64,000 nucleotides of DNA from Yuukianura sp. NJ FZ-2021. Its lineage: Eukaryota. The position numbers and the translations under genes are program-made. Positions within the stretch are counted from its first letter, which is position 1. The number at the start of each line of letters is the position of its first letter. The DNA lies in assembly GCA_046563655.1 (NCBI GenBank), contig CM102288.1:4650001-4714000 (forward strand), written 5' to 3'. The notes beneath the pieces were generated by a model that ran no database searches, was not told the origin of the DNA, and saw only the letters and a program-made list of their open reading frames with translations. Below are positions 13,121-27,360 of the stretch, piece by piece.

Positions 13121-16100
13121 TTAAGTAGAAGAAGTACTAATTAAGTTTACAGGAGTAGAAGGGCCAGCATCGCTGTTCAAAATATTGTTGTTGTTGAGCA
13201 CTGTGGGTGACTTGGATGGTGGAACTGGAAGTGATTCCTGCGTTGGACCATCCAACCTCCAAACATCCTCGGGCGAAGGGGGCTTAGCTCCGCCCACTTC
13301 TGCGTTACAGTCCTTGGTCAATGTAGTAACAAAATTGACACAATTCGTATTCGACCGTACGGCTGCTTTGGTCTTTGTATTCCTTTTCTCCTTCAACGTT
13401 CCCAGTAACGTTGCAATCTTGTGATCTCGATCTGATCTGGCGCAATTGAAGTCAGAATTGTCGCAAACAGGTTCAGAATTGCCGCAAATGAAGTCAGAAT
13501 TGTCGCAATTTAATTCAGAGGTCTCCGGGATAACTGAATTGTTTGACGGTGAGCCATCGAATTCCAATACTACTTCATGCTTCACAACAATTTCTTCTTT
13601 GTGAACATCCAAGTTAAGGTCTACTGGATTCGGAATTTCTATCGTCTGGGCCGTGACCTCTTCAACTTTCTCCTCAGTTTCGGTTTCAGAAGGCGGAGGT
13701 TCGGTACTAGGTTCAGTAGATACTTCTTGAATACTGGCGACTGGTGACGGAGTCTCGGGCACTTTCTTAGGACTCGATTGATTCTTGGACACTGGAGAAC
13801 CTTTTGGAGAATTGCTGGAATTCGTGCAACTACCGGAGGAAGCAGTCGCTTTCACTCCGTCTGTTTTCTTCTTGTAGCCTTTCTTCCCTTGACTCTTCTT
13901 AGAACCAGGCAGAATGAACGTAGACTTGGACTTCTTAGGCATTGAAAGATCCATGGAACTGTTATTCTGACTCGGAATGGCCGAAGTACTGGACATCTTC
14001 TGAGGAGACGATATTGGCTGCTGGCCCCAAAAGAATGACATCGGAGCAGTGACATTATTGGGATTGTAGCCCATGGTGGCAGCGAAGGCAGCCAGGGTAG
14101 GATCCAAGCTTAGATCAGTTGAGCGTAGAAATGGCGGTTGACAGAACATGCTCAGAGCAGGAATGTAGGACATCGCTAGGCCCATGTTCATGTTGGCATC
14201 AAATTGCAACGGGTAAGGAAAATTCGGAGGAAGATGGGCAGACTGGAACGTTCGGAGAGACTCGGGATACATCTCGGCATTCGGTTTTGATCCTGATGTA
14301 ATTTGATGTTCCGGTTGGTGACGAGAATAAACATGGTCCGTAGGAGTCGCTGGCCGTAGGATATCAGCAGCGTCGGAATTTGAATTTGTTTCTAATTCAG
14401 ACGTCGACTTTACATTGCCCTCTGTTTGTTTAGGATCAGATTCCTTCGGTTGATTCAATTCTTCATTCTCTTCTGCAGATTTCTCAGCTTCTTTCCCGCC
14501 TACTGATGCCGTTGTTTTAGGAGATGACGGTGATGTCCCATTCAAGTGTGCTTGGCCACGTCCCGATTCGGTATCGCAAGTATTGTCAGAAATCCCGTTG
14601 AGAGTAGCAGTATTTTCGGAGATCCGTGATTTAAAAAATTTTGGTGGCTTTTTCGGTGAAAATACTTTGTCTCTGGGTGTGCGGATTCCATTCCCGTTCC
14701 CAAGAACGACTTTCATCGCTGTATCCTTTGGATTTGGAGGCGAATGAGACTTTCTGGACGTACTGGAGTGGAGCAACTTGGCTGGAGAAGGTACTTTGAG
14801 CAAATGACGATCTTTTTCTGTAGCAGGACTTTCTGTTTCTACTGAATCAGTCTTGCCATCATGTTTGTCGAGTCCAGAAGATTCCGTTTGCTTATGTTTA
14901 GTATGATCGTGTATTCCATTTTCAACTTGTTTTGTTGTGGAAAGTGGCAGAGCCTGGTCTGGAAGGTCAATGAAGTGGAACGGATTTGGATCGGTTGGAT
15001 GAACTGCATTAGTCGGTGCTTGGCCAGTAGTAGTTGCAGTATCATTGATAATGATGGGACTAGAACCTTTTGGCGGGGACAGTGGAGTTATGACATGTTC
15101 CTCTCCTGAGGCAAAGCTCGTTGCTCTCATGATCCCATTTTCACTGATTCTCAGTTGAACTTCTGTTTCCTGATGACCATTTTCCAAATGGGAACTAACC
15201 TCCGTTGGATCTTTCGAAATTTTGGATTTCTTGGGGCTCTTCTTCTTTTGTTCGTTGGTTTTCGGTTTTTTGGAAACTGGAACTACTTCGTCACTGGAAA
15301 CTTCGAGTGTGCGTTTAGGGCGCCCACGTCGCTTGACAACTGGCTTTGGAATAGAAGGCGAGGCTGAGATTTTGCCAGACTTTGACTTGTGTTTGGTTGA
15401 AGGCGGTTCGGGTATTCTGATTTCTGGATATTCTTGGACTATGTTGTGACCATTTTCAAACAGAGAGTGATCATGCGAGGACCTGTCACGATGTGAAGGT
15501 GGTGGCGAATCGGGTACACGAAGAAACCGATAAGTTAACTGTAACGGTTCGTTGCCATTCTACAAAAAAGAAAAACCAACAATGTTGAATTCATCTCAGT
15601 CAATCTGAAGTTACTTCTGTAAGCCTCTATAAATTATTTGTTTACCTGACTCCACGAATACTTATAAGCAATGTCCATGAGTAGAAAATCTTCTGGAAGG
15701 TATTTTCCCTTGTACATGATCTGTATACAGGAACTGTCTCGGTTGCTGAGCCCATATTTCCCTTGAATCAGTTTCTTCAGAATTGAAATACTGACGGCAG
15801 CAGGGCATTGAAAAAATCGTTTCGTCTTTTCCTGAGAACAAAAACATTGGAACGAACTGAATCATCAGAGCACTTCGTAAAGAATAAACAATACCAACAT
15901 ACTCTCAACTCTTTCTCCGGGGTGTCAAATTCCAACGAGAGGTGAATGATGTCATCCGAAGTGATGTAGGATTCGTTGAAAACTCGGCCTCCGTCCTGCT
16001 GATTCCTCGGTTTTGTTTCTGGATGTTCCTTGTAGAACTCCCTTCGTTTCGTCATCTCATCTACAAAAATAACCACAAACACGAAATTCAGCACTTTTTC

Positions 16101-16505
16101 GTAATGACCAATTACTAAACCAGTAATGGATCGTTTGACATGCATAGATGACTCACTCTGAAAGAGTTTGGGTACTAATTTGTAGACAATTTCCTGGAGC
16201 ATGGTATCCGATCGAATACTGGACAGCGGTTTGGAGGAATGTAGTTGAACTTCACAGACAGGGCAGAAGTCATATCGGTCGAGATGACGGACAATGCAGC
16301 TTCGACAGACTGAAAAATCCAACAATCTTTTTTAAACGGGACTACACGCACAGTCACTATCGTAATTTATTCCAAACGAAAAGAATGACTTACACGAATG
16401 AAGACACTCGACTATCGTCGTCGCATCAATGAAGTATCCTTGGCATAAGCGACATGTCAGATTCGGCGAAATGTCTTTCACCTTAACTTTTCGTGTAGCG
16501 TGCAT
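13121..16505 (-). CDS. Second Psc/Su(z)2-like PCGF protein: RING + RAWUL + ~800-aa disordered tail with AT-hook
   Basis: Exons 16505-16394, 16309-16157, 16060-15903, 15831-15646, 15559-13121. They give [67 protein letters not shown] (BMI1-type RING) and [29 protein letters not shown] (RAWUL). Confidence 0.92.
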
Positions 16506-17956
16506 CTTGCAGCGACCGTCGTTGTTCTTAGAGCGCTGTCCCTTCTGTCCTAGTCCTGTTGATGGACAAAACGAGTGATGGGCCCTTAATAAGGGTCCCT
16601 TAAGTTGTAGTACTCGGCCAGTCAGTAGTTACTGGCTAGTTCTTTCCAGCTGGACCAACTTCTGGAAGGTGATTATACTGCATCCAACCGAACCGATACC
16701 GATGAGACGCCGCTAATTCGCCCACAAAACCTAAACTAATTAAATAATTTAAATTAACAAAAACAAAGGAAATTTTGAGCCAACTTCACATCTCGACCCC
16801 ACTTTTGTTTTGTTCCATGGTTCTGCCTTATCAAAAAAAGACAACAAAGATATGAGTAAAAGTCTTTATCCGTTCGTAAGTAGCGCTCACTTTCCCTGCT
16901 TCTGGAAGGAGCCTTTGTCACCATCACTGTGTTATATCGACACAATCAAAAGAGGAATAGTGTTAGGCAGTACTGAACTTGATGTATCCCTTGGAGGATC
17001 CCTTGGAAGTGGAAATGGTGTCGACCATGCATGGGGTCCCTTCGAGTAGGTAGGGCCCCCCTAAGTCCCCTCCTCCTTCCATATCATTTTACAACCCTCT
17101 CAAACTAAGATCCACTTAACACCACCACTACTTTCCTCTCCAGAAGAAGAGTTTTGATGAATGAAAGAGGTCTTAAAAATATTTATGAGCCAACGACGAA
17201 GATGCTTCTTTTTGCTATTTCTTAGGCTAGTAAGTCTATTTGTGGTGTTTATAAGATTTTGAACTGACGACGAGCGTCCTTCTAGTCCTTGGACGCTCTT
17301 AAATGACAATGACTTGATTTGACGCCTTCTTGTTTGCACACTTGAATCCCTTTGCCCACAGTTCCTTGAAAAAGAATTGCTCTGGAGATGATGTGCATAA
17401 GATGTCACATTGGGATTTCCCATGATCTCGCTTGGACTTGGACAATAAAGCAACCAAAAACCAAGCATTTCAAGTCCCACAGGAAAAGGGAATTGGCAAA
17501 CAAAAAACACGAAAAAAAAATTCAACGGATATTTGCTAAAAGTGGCGTCACGAAATTTTCGCACATTTTAGCATTCAACTGTCACTGTTTATGAAGAGTT
17601 GCGTCTTTCGCCTCTGCAAAGAAGCATGTTTTGAAAACGAAAAATCGCTATATTTCGACGCCATTTGACTGACTTTGAGTATCTTTTGGCGTATGAAAAA
17701 CCATAGGAGGCTGGAAAATTCAAAGGGAAAATTAGTTAAGCCGTTTTTAAACAAGGTTAAAAAATTCTGAACAAACGTTGATTGTTTGAAAAGTTTGAAC
17801 AAAAGGCGTAAAGCGACCAAAACCAAAGCAAAAGCGTTGCTTTTGAAAGCTTTTTTTTATTTATTAATTTTTTTTGGAATTGATCTGGTGCCCGACTACC
17901 ACAGAACGTAAAATTTATGAGAACAAGGTGTGTGAAACTTTTAGAACAACCCAAAA

Positions 17957-18202
17957 TTCGGCTAAGTTAAGGTGTAACGCAAGTCATTGTATCCACAAAA
18001 TGTAGCCCACAACGGCCATCTTGATGGCTACACTAGGTGGCTGCAATTAGTGGTGACATTTGTAACCGTTCCATTCTAAAAGCAACAAAACCCAAATCGG
18101 CAACATGAATAGCTCCACAGCGTAGCCATCGCCACCAGTTGCAATCGCAAGGTGGCTATTCCATGAAAACTATGGTATCGGTAAACCTTACTCCAACCCA
18201 AA
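17957..18202. mobile_element. MITE-like element, same family as 9500-9771
   Basis: ttcggctaagttaaggtgtaac ... gtaaaccttactccaaccca; shared internal ggctac/ggcaacat/gtagcc motifs. Confidence 0.65.
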
Positions 18203-18378
18203 ATTCAAAAAAAAGCAAAACAAGAGTAGAGAGCGATAAAAGGGACAAGTGAGGCTGATAGGAAAAAAGATTTAGAAAATTCTGGAGAATTGTAACGTCA
18301 ATTTGTAAAACGATTTAAGTTTTACGCGTTGGAAGTTATTTGGATTCTTCGTCTTCTATTTATTTGATCCTCTGCAAA

Positions 18379-19902
18379 ATGTCCCGGCTGGATTATAGTA
18401 AATGGAACAACATTGAGGTAATTCTCTATTTTGTCAAATTCTGAAATGGCGTTGGATGGATTGGATGCGGTTTACATTTGACGTTTAACGGTTTATTATA
18501 AGGTATCAGATGACGAAGATGATACACACCCTAACATCGACACTCCATCTCTATTCCGCTGGCGCCATGAAGCAAGAGTTCAGAAAATGGAAGAATTCAA
18601 GAAGAAAAAAGATGAAATGGATGCTGTCAAAAGTAAATGTCTAAAGGAGAAAAAAGAAATCGACGAAAGGAAGGCCAAGGGAGAAGATGTTGCTTCTCAG
18701 CTTGCGGCATGGGAGAAGAAACACGAGGAAATCAAATCCAAGGAGGCTGAACTCGAAAAGGAAGAACGCGTAAGTTCGGGGTTTTCATCAACAATGACTG
18801 TAAACAGACTAAAAAAAATGTTTGATTTTCCAGTTGATGCCGTGGAATGTGGACACTATTTCTCAGAGCGGATTTACCAAAACGGTGATAAACACGAAAC
18901 CCAAAGCAGAAGCCAAAGTTCTGTCGGAGGAAGAAAAGGCTGCGAAGCTCCAAAGCTTTACAAAGGCAAATGAGAGTTTGATGAAGCAGTTTGGTCTTCT
19001 TCGGAAATACCAGGATTCTAAGAAATTCCTCCTCGTAAGTGTGACAAGTTGCATTTGCCGTTTATGTCCAAATACAGAGATGAAGTGCTTTTCGGCGTTA
19101 ATGTTTAGTTTTTGCAATGTTGTAGGAGCACAACCATCTTGCTTGTGAAGAGACGACGAGTTACCTCACAATCTGGTGTGTCAATTTGGCTCTGGAACAA
19201 AAGATTGAACTTATGGAGCATGTTTCTCACCAATGCATTGCTATGCAGTTTATGCTGGAACTCGCCAAGCAAGTTGATCGCGATCCTAGGGTACTAACGC
19301 CTGTACAAACCTGTGTGCTCATTCTTTTCGTCTTTTACCAAAGTTATTTCGTTTTACAGTCCGTCATCTCAGACTTCTATTCTAAAATTGCGCATGCAGA
19401 GCAGTTGGAATACAAAAAAGCATTTGAAGAAGAATTGGCTGCGTTTCGTATTCGAGTAATGCGAAGAGCCGAGGAGAAAATTGCCGAAGCAGAGGAAGAA
19501 GAGCGAAAAGAAAGACTTGGACCTGGAGGATTGGATCCGTATGAGGTCTTTGATTCCCTTCCAGACGTAAGTGCAGCAAAAGCAAACTGGGATTCTGGAA
19601 CTTGGATACTTTGTTAACGTCTTAACATTTGTTTGTAGGAATTGAAGAAATGCTTCGAGAGTCAAAATATTCCACTACTCCAAGAAACAATAGCCAAGTT
19701 GCCGCCTGAGGAGGCCAGTTACCACATGAAGCGATGTGTTGATTCTGGACTTTGGGTGCCAGGAGGCGGAGAGAGTTCCAAGACGTCGAAAGAAGATGGA
19801 CTCCTTCGCGACGACGGAGGTGCTGAAGATGAGGAGGAAGGTGAAGCAGGGAAGAACGAACAGGAAGTGACTGTCAAACCAGAACCAGAAGTTGAGAAAT
19901 AA
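18379..19902 (+). CDS. Cdc37: Hsp90 co-chaperone Cdc37
   Basis: [71 protein letters not shown]; six exons with GT-AG introns. Confidence 0.97.
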
Positions 19903-20477
19903 GCACTAATTAAGTAACGTAACGCAAACGTAAGTTTAGTTTTAATTCAATCCTCGTCAAAATTAACCCGTGTGGAATAAAATCAAAATATTAATTCTGG
20001 GTGGAACTTTTCGTGCTTGAGCAATTTGAATGGTCCGTTGGGGAAGTTAATTAGGTATTTATTTAATGCATTTTAATTTGAGTCAATTCGTTAGTTAGTA
20101 TTTATTTTTTTGAGTGAATTGTTACTGTGACCATAATAGCGAATGCAGATTGCAGATAACGGTAAGAGTAAGGCGGGAGAGACGCAAATTCAAACTTATC
20201 TATTTTTAGCTTTTTTGTGTTTTTAAATTTTTCGCAACTAAAAATTCTCTGAGTTCTCTCACCGTTACCGTTAATCGATAAGAGAACAGCTGATGACTGT
20301 TGTGTTTATTTGAACTACTCAATCAATTGGGTCCTTACGACGTTAATCGAGTAGAGACTCGCGATCGCGAGTTTATCTGGGTGAGAATACAGTAAGCAAT
20401 TTCAATTCAAGTACGTTAATTATATCGTTGGTGAGATTCGCAATAAGATTGAATTTTGTAATTAACAGCTGAATACA

Positions 20478-21190
20478 ATGCAGCATTTGCCGAAGTTGCT
20501 AAGGTCATGTGGCCTTGCACCAGGATCTCTGCAGTATCAAGCCGTTCGAGCATATGCTGGGGGACATTGGACGAAAGATTGGAAACCCGGCCGTTACCCA
20601 ACTACCGAGCAAGAACGCAAAGCTGCTGCTAAGAAGTATGGCCTCATTCCTGAAGGTAAAAGCAACTATTAATTAAATGAAGATTCATTGGCAATAGCAG
20701 ATTAACATTCTATTTTCCTCTTTGAAGATTACGAGCCATACCCTGATGACGGCTTTGGGTACGGAGACTATCCTAAATTGCCCATCGTTTCGGCTGAATC
20801 GCGTGACCAATATGAAGCATACGACATGGACGAACTGAAACGGAACTGGGGAGAACCTATGCACATTGATGCTGACATGTATGGAGAGGATCGTATCAAT
20901 TATAACAAAAGGTACTTAGACTAATACCACACTCTGAATTTCCGGAATCAGCCTCCTTTTCACACAGTGTTAGTTTCAGATTTCTTTTGTAATTTAGGTA
21001 CATCATGCCTATTTGGGCAATGTATGCACTCTCCGCTGGAGTAATTGTGGTGACCGTTTTTCTGGCCTGGGTTGGAGAGCATGTCCGATTAGTTGGAGTT
21101 CGGATGATGCCGAAACACATGTACGAACCCGGAAAAACACACTACTCATTTGACCTCAAGGGGGATGAGGACGCGAAGGACACATGTTAA
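20478..21190 (+). CDS. NDUFB8: NADH dehydrogenase 1 beta subcomplex subunit 8 (ASHI)
   Basis: Presequence, then [50 protein letters not shown] and one TM helix; exons about 20478-20655, 20728-20911, 20998-21190. Confidence 0.95.
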
Positions 21191-21322
21191 GATGGTAACT
21201 CTCAATTAACTCAACTACAAACTGTAATTAGTAGTCAAACGCTAGAGATGCCGATGTATCAATCGTAATAATAAGATGAAGTTAATCGTAAAACTGACTA
21301 ATGTTTAATCTTCAACTAGATT

Positions 21323-22413
21323 CTAAGCTGTATCTGTTTCTCTGGCGAGCATTTCTTGAACTCTTCTCTCCGCATTTTCTTTCCTAATTGATACTGGAAC
21401 ATGTCTCTGCCTTAGTAGTTCGTTATTAACGTTACCATATTTACTGAACAGTTTCTCTCCTTCGGCTCCCAGCATCTCACGACTAGCAGCATTCCTCCTG
21501 GCTACTTTAGTATAAAATTCAACTGCTCCTCGAGCATAACTGATTCCAAGGGCAGAGGCTTCTGCATCAGCCGTCTTCTCGTAGTATTTCGTTAGTGAGT
21601 CAGTAGCAAACGACCATAAGCCGTAAGTGAATACTCCAACCATGGTGTAAATGGTGTACCGGAAAGACTTTGGCTTGAAGTGGCCAAGTGTCTTGATATT
21701 TAAGTAGGCTGTGGTAAGATACTGGAAGTACAGCGCTGCACAGGAGATGAGGGCAAAGTTGTAGACGTAGTGTGTGTTCAAATGACTCAGTTCACGGGCA
21801 ATTGCAAACTTTTGAGCATTGTCGCTGAGGATTAGCGAATCTTGGAAGAGCTCACCGGCTTCACTGTTCCAGGGAACGTCTTTCCTTACCATCTAAAAAT
21901 TACAAAAATCAACACATGAACAATTGAATAGCTGGAATTGGCTAACCGTAATAAGGTTTCTCTCAATGTCGCCTGTAGACTTGTAGCTAAAATTTCCAGG
22001 AATCCCAACATAACTTCCTCCACGCATCTTGAATGACCCCATATGAACTGGATCCAACGTTGACACGAAGAAGGGTTGCAGATACGCTTGAGATTTTTCG
22101 TCCAACTTCATGTCAGTGACCACCTCGTGAACTTTGGATGCCATTTCCGGTGTAATTTTAGTCGCAAAACCGTTTCTAAAAAGAATTCACATTAAAAGCT
22201 CCAGCGACATTAAAATGTGTTACGTTTTTTGTCTTACTTGTATAACTGGAACACATCTCTGTACTTGTTTATAAATAACGTATGAAGACCAACGTATCCA
22301 CCGAATATGACTCCAGCTCCAATCCCAATTGACGCATGGATGACATTAGTGCTAACATTTTCTATAGAAAACCTCGGTACTCGTTTCAGGTAACGGGAGA
22401 ACGTGCCGGCCAT
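21323..22413 (-). CDS. TMEM177: Transmembrane protein 177-like (mitochondrial)
   Basis: Three exons: YRDVFQLYKNG.., DPVHMGSFKMRGGSYVGIPGNFSY, SLILSDNAQKFAIAREL, YARGAVEFYTKVARRNAASREMLGAEGEKLFSKYGN. Confidence 0.85.
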
Positions 22414-23219
22414 TTTCCAACTGTTCTAAATACAAAGCCTGGAAAGAATATGATCGAATTGTTAATCGTTAAAAAATCATTTGCCATCAATAAACGGAAG
22501 CAATTAACAGATCAATTAACCGGTAAACGTAATCGTATTCATAACAAAATGACCTTACTTTACTCTGATTCAGTGAAGTGACCACTACCAGCGAAGCGAC
22601 AACTCGAACGCAAGACGGACACAGGATCAGAAGAGATTTTTGTCAATTGCAAAAATTTATTTAATTTATCGTTCTACTTTTATACTAACAAATGTTTATC
22701 AGTAATCAAAATTCAAGAATTTCGAATTCGATTGTGCTTATTTTTGGCCTCCCTCGTGTTTGTTTACTTCACTTTCAATTTATGATCTTCCCTTCTTCAT
22801 CCCTCCCTGCTGATCAAATTGCTTCACGGATTGACTCACATAAGAAGAATTGAATCAAACCAAACCAAAAGTTATCAAAACACTTTGATGATAAAGAAAT
22901 CAGCTGGTGTGCTTTGGTTTAATTGACCCTCCCTCCGCAGCGATTATCAAAGTTTATATACAATTTAAATTCAATTTCGGTAACTGTAAACTGCTAACTA
23001 CTGCATCACCCATCATCAAAAAAGAACAATTTTTAATACGAATTACACAGAAATGTAAGTGGTACAACGATACAATTGACAATTCTTGTGAAACGCCCTA
23101 AAGAATTTCTTCTACTGTTTGTTTATTATTTTTGTTCCCCATTGTTTTAATAGAAATATCGACCACTCAGAAGAGTGCGAACGCGAAGTGAACCTAAAAT
23201 ACTGCTGAGTGCTGAGAAT

Positions 23220-26200
23220 ATGGAAGAGGATGAGTATGAAAGGGGAAGTTACATGGATGAAACTGGAGAATCCGAGTCCAGGAGATTTACGGAAGATGAG
23301 GACGAAGATGACTCAGAAGACGAAGAGCCGAAGCTGAAGTTTGAAAGACTGGGCAACGATTTTAGCAAGATCCTGGACAAAGATGCTGTGAGCTGTGTTG
23401 CTGTACATCCAAAGGTAGCCTGCCATATTCGCATTAATCATGTGAACTTGACCATGAACGATGACCGTGACTTCACGACTACTTCTTCCTTTTCAGTTCC
23501 TGTGCGTAGGAAGTTATCGAGGACAAGTCTACATCTTGGATCCAATGGGGAACAATGTTACTCTGTCACCTCGAAAGTTCTACGAGGCCCACAAAGTAGC
23601 TGTCAACCAAATTTCGATTGATGTCAACGGAGACTTTTTTGGTAGTTGTTCAGACGATGGGAAGGTCAATGTCTACAGTCTCTGTGATGGTGAGAGAGTA
23701 CTCTCCATCCAACTGGATAGAAAGATTCGATGTATCGCCATCGATCCACAGTACAGCAAAGGAGGATTGTATCGCAGGTTTATCATTGGTAAGAATTTTT
23801 TTTTTTGAAATCTTGAATTTTCGTTCTAAATACTAATTTTTTTAATAGTTCTAACTTTGATTCTTTCAGGAGACGAAAGTGTCACCGTTTATGAACGAAA
23901 CATCTTTTCTCGTCTAAAACCGACGGTTCTCCTCGAAGGTGCATCCGTCACCGATTTAAAGTGGCATGATCGCTTTGCCGCCTGGAGCTGGAGAGCCGAA
24001 GTGCGAATCTACGACATGACCGATATGACAACAATAAGTCGAGTCCAATTTGATAGTTTACGGGGTGACAAGTATCTGTCCTACCGCTGTAACTTATTCT
24101 GGAAAGACGCTTATACAATTTACATCGGTTGGGGGTCAGAAGTTCAGATCTGCAATGTTCGAAGGCAAGAAGATCCTCTGAAAGTTGATCAAGGGGCTTC
24201 TAGTTTCTACGTCCAAATCATCAACATGTTCAAAACAGACTTTTGTATCTCTGGTCTCTCTTCCTTTGGCCAATACTTAACTGCCCTTTGTCTCGACAAT
24301 CCAAGTCCAGCGGATCTCCATGACACTCTAATGGAACAGTCAGACTTAAAGAACGGAAATGAGGCGACTGATCTCCAGCCACTTCCACAGAGGCCCAAAG
24401 TCCACATCATCCAACCCGATCGTTTGACCTACGACATTGTCTACACTCATGTCCTTCAGACTAGAGGATATCAACAGTACAAACTCAGTGACTATCATTT
24501 CGAGAGCCTCACGGATGAGCTCTTGTACTTTGTTGTCACGCCCAAGGACATTATTTTGGCCAAGTCAAGAGATTTGGATGATCACATCCATTGGCTAATG
24601 GAACACATGTAAGAATTGAAAAGGCAAAAAAAAATCACAATCGCTTAATCATTTAATTGTGTTTGTTTTTTTAGGAAATTTGAAGAAGCCTTGGAATGTG
24701 CTAGTCAAAATGTACGCTTACTGCAGCGCCACTCAGTCCTACAAATTGGCCGAATTTATCTGGAAAATCTGTTCCATCAGAAACGATACGATGAAGCCGG
24801 GAAACTTTGTCTCCAGATCATCGGTAACTTTCGACACTTTTTTAAAAATCGGTTTTTACCCAAGTTTTTGAACAATCGGCTTTCTAAACAGCTAAAGACA
24901 AGCCAGAGGAATGGGAAAAACAAATCCTGAGATTCAGTGCCTTAGGACAGCTGAGTGCCATTGCTCCATATATTCCAAGAAACGAAAATTACAAACTGAA
25001 GCGCTACCTCTACGAACTCGTTTTATTTGAATACTTGAAAAAAGACGTCGAAGCTTTCTTGGCTCTCGTAAGAGACTGGGCCCCACCACCAACACTCTAC
25101 AATGTCCCCACCATCATCAACGCTGTTCTGGATCACCTCATTGTATGTGCTCCGGATAATCGGTTTCTCCTCCAAGCTCTGGCAGACTTGTACTCCTATG
25201 AAAACAAACACGGAAAAGCACTAGCCATGTACCTCAGGTAAATCTGGCAAAAGTTGATAACGAATCAAAATGCAAAAGGAAACAAGATATATTTTCAACG
25301 TAAACTTTTTAAAATGTTTTATAGACTGCAAGATCCACATGTTTTTGTGCTTATCCAGCGTCATGGACTGTTTAAAGAAATTAAAGACAACGTTGAAGAC
25401 TTGATGGCGCTGAACACGTCAGAAGCGATTTCGCTGTTTATGAAACACAAAGACAGGATCCTACCTTCTGTAATTGTTCATAAACTTCAGGGCAATCGCT
25501 ACTATCTATTCCAGGTAAACTTTTCAATTGAAATTATAAACTCTAAATTATAAGTGATAAATTATAAACCAGAAGCTATAAACTATAAAGTGCAAACTAT
25601 TTCACACTGAAAACCTTACACGAAACTATAAACTGTACATAAATTATTCAAAGTTATAATTTTTTTTAGTATCTGGATGCACTGTACAGAGCAGAAGGAA
25701 AGGAACTACTGGCTGAATTTCATGGTCAAATGGTTTCTCTGTACGCCGATTACGCACCGGACAAACTACTGCAATTTCTCAAATCCTCTGACCATTATCC
25801 CATCCATGAAGCGATGCTCATTTGCAAAAAACGACAGTTGTACGCTGAAATGATTTACCTTCTGAGTAAGTTCAAAATAATTCCATTTTTTGAAAATTTT
25901 CTATGAACTTTGAAATTTTTAAAACAATTTGTAGCTCGAATGGGCAATGCGAAAGAAGCTCTCCGTCTAATCACCCATGAGTTGGAGGATATCAACCAAG
26001 CAATTGAATTTTGCAAGGAGCACGATTACCGTGACTTGTGGGACGATCTCATCAATTTTTCACTAGACAAACCAAGTAAAACAGAAACTCCCTTTCGAAA
26101 TAGAATTCTAAAATTTTAATGAAAACTTAGATGCTTACTTTACTTTTACTTTTTTTAGATTACATCCAAGTTCTTTTGTGTAACATTGGAACTCACGTTG

Positions 26201-26860
26201 ATCCGCAAATTATCGTGCAGAAAATTGAAAATGGATTGGAGATTCCTGGCCTTCGAGACAGTTTAGTAAAAATTATGCAAGACTACAGTCTGCAAGTGTC
26301 GCTGCAAGAAGGATGCAAAAATATTTTAGTGGGAGACTGTCTCGTTCTTTTTGAAAAATTAGTCAAAATTCAACAGCATGGTGTTTTTTTGGAAGGTGAA
26401 ATTTTTGAATTTTCTCGAATTTTTGAAAACTTACATTGATTGCCTTTTTTGCATTTAGAGGAGCAGTACTGTGGGTCATGTAAAAAACGGGTTATCATTC
26501 CAGGTTAGTGAATCTGAGATCTTTTAAACAAGGATTTTTTTGATTTTGAAATAATTTCTACGCAGAACTCCACCGAGCTGATGACATCAAAGTTTTCTAT
26601 TGTAAGCACGTCTTTCATGAAGGCTGCCTTTCTACTTTTGACGCTCACGTAAGCAGAAGCGTTCCTTTCTACTCCCGCTTGACTTGAGTAAAGTTTTGAA
26701 AGCGTTAGAACCTTTTGCAAACTGACTAAAAAGCTTGTTCTAAAAGTTTGCTCACTTGCAAAAGTTAAAGTTTTGAAAAGTGCTTTTGTTTTTTCTTTTT
26801 CAGAATTGTATCATCTGTAACTTGACGGAGAGGAGGATCGGAATGCTCGATAAACTCTGA
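23220..26860 (+). CDS. Vps41: HOPS subunit Vps41 (Drosophila light homolog)
   Basis: Acidic N-terminus then [12 protein letters not shown]40 region (SCSDDGKV), [19 protein letters not shown], clathrin-repeat region ([15 protein letters not shown]) and C-terminal RING-H2 ([18 protein letters not shown]). Many short introns. Start codon inferred. Confidence 0.95.
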
Positions 26861-27360
26861 GAATTGAGAAATGGAACACAACAGGTCTGTTGAGCTTAAA
26901 ACTTTCTAAACTAACTTTGTGATCAAACGCCTCCGACTTCATCAACCTTTCCTTCGGGAAAACATTGAGACAAGTTCAACCGGAATCAGCTTTTTAGTGA
27001 GTCACTCCACGCGTTTTTTCCTGGAGAAAATGTCCCAGATGATGGAAACTTTTCAAAATTTTGGGATGATTTAGGCACTATAAGAATTCTCAAATTGTGA
27101 GTTTACCAAAAGAGTTTGAATTTTTGTAAAATGTCAAGAGAATCGACGTTTTTAACTTTCCATTCCAGGAACTGTCGCGTTCTGACAAAAAATTCAAAGT
27201 TTCTAAACTAGCGAACTAACAGCGCCTACTAATCTTACTGCAGCGATTTTTTGATAAGGACGTAAAATCATGTTTGGGAGTTTATTTATTTTACGATGCA
27301 AACAAAAAGACGCAATTAAATGACAACTTTTCGAAATATTTTTTATGTTTTTGTATTTTT

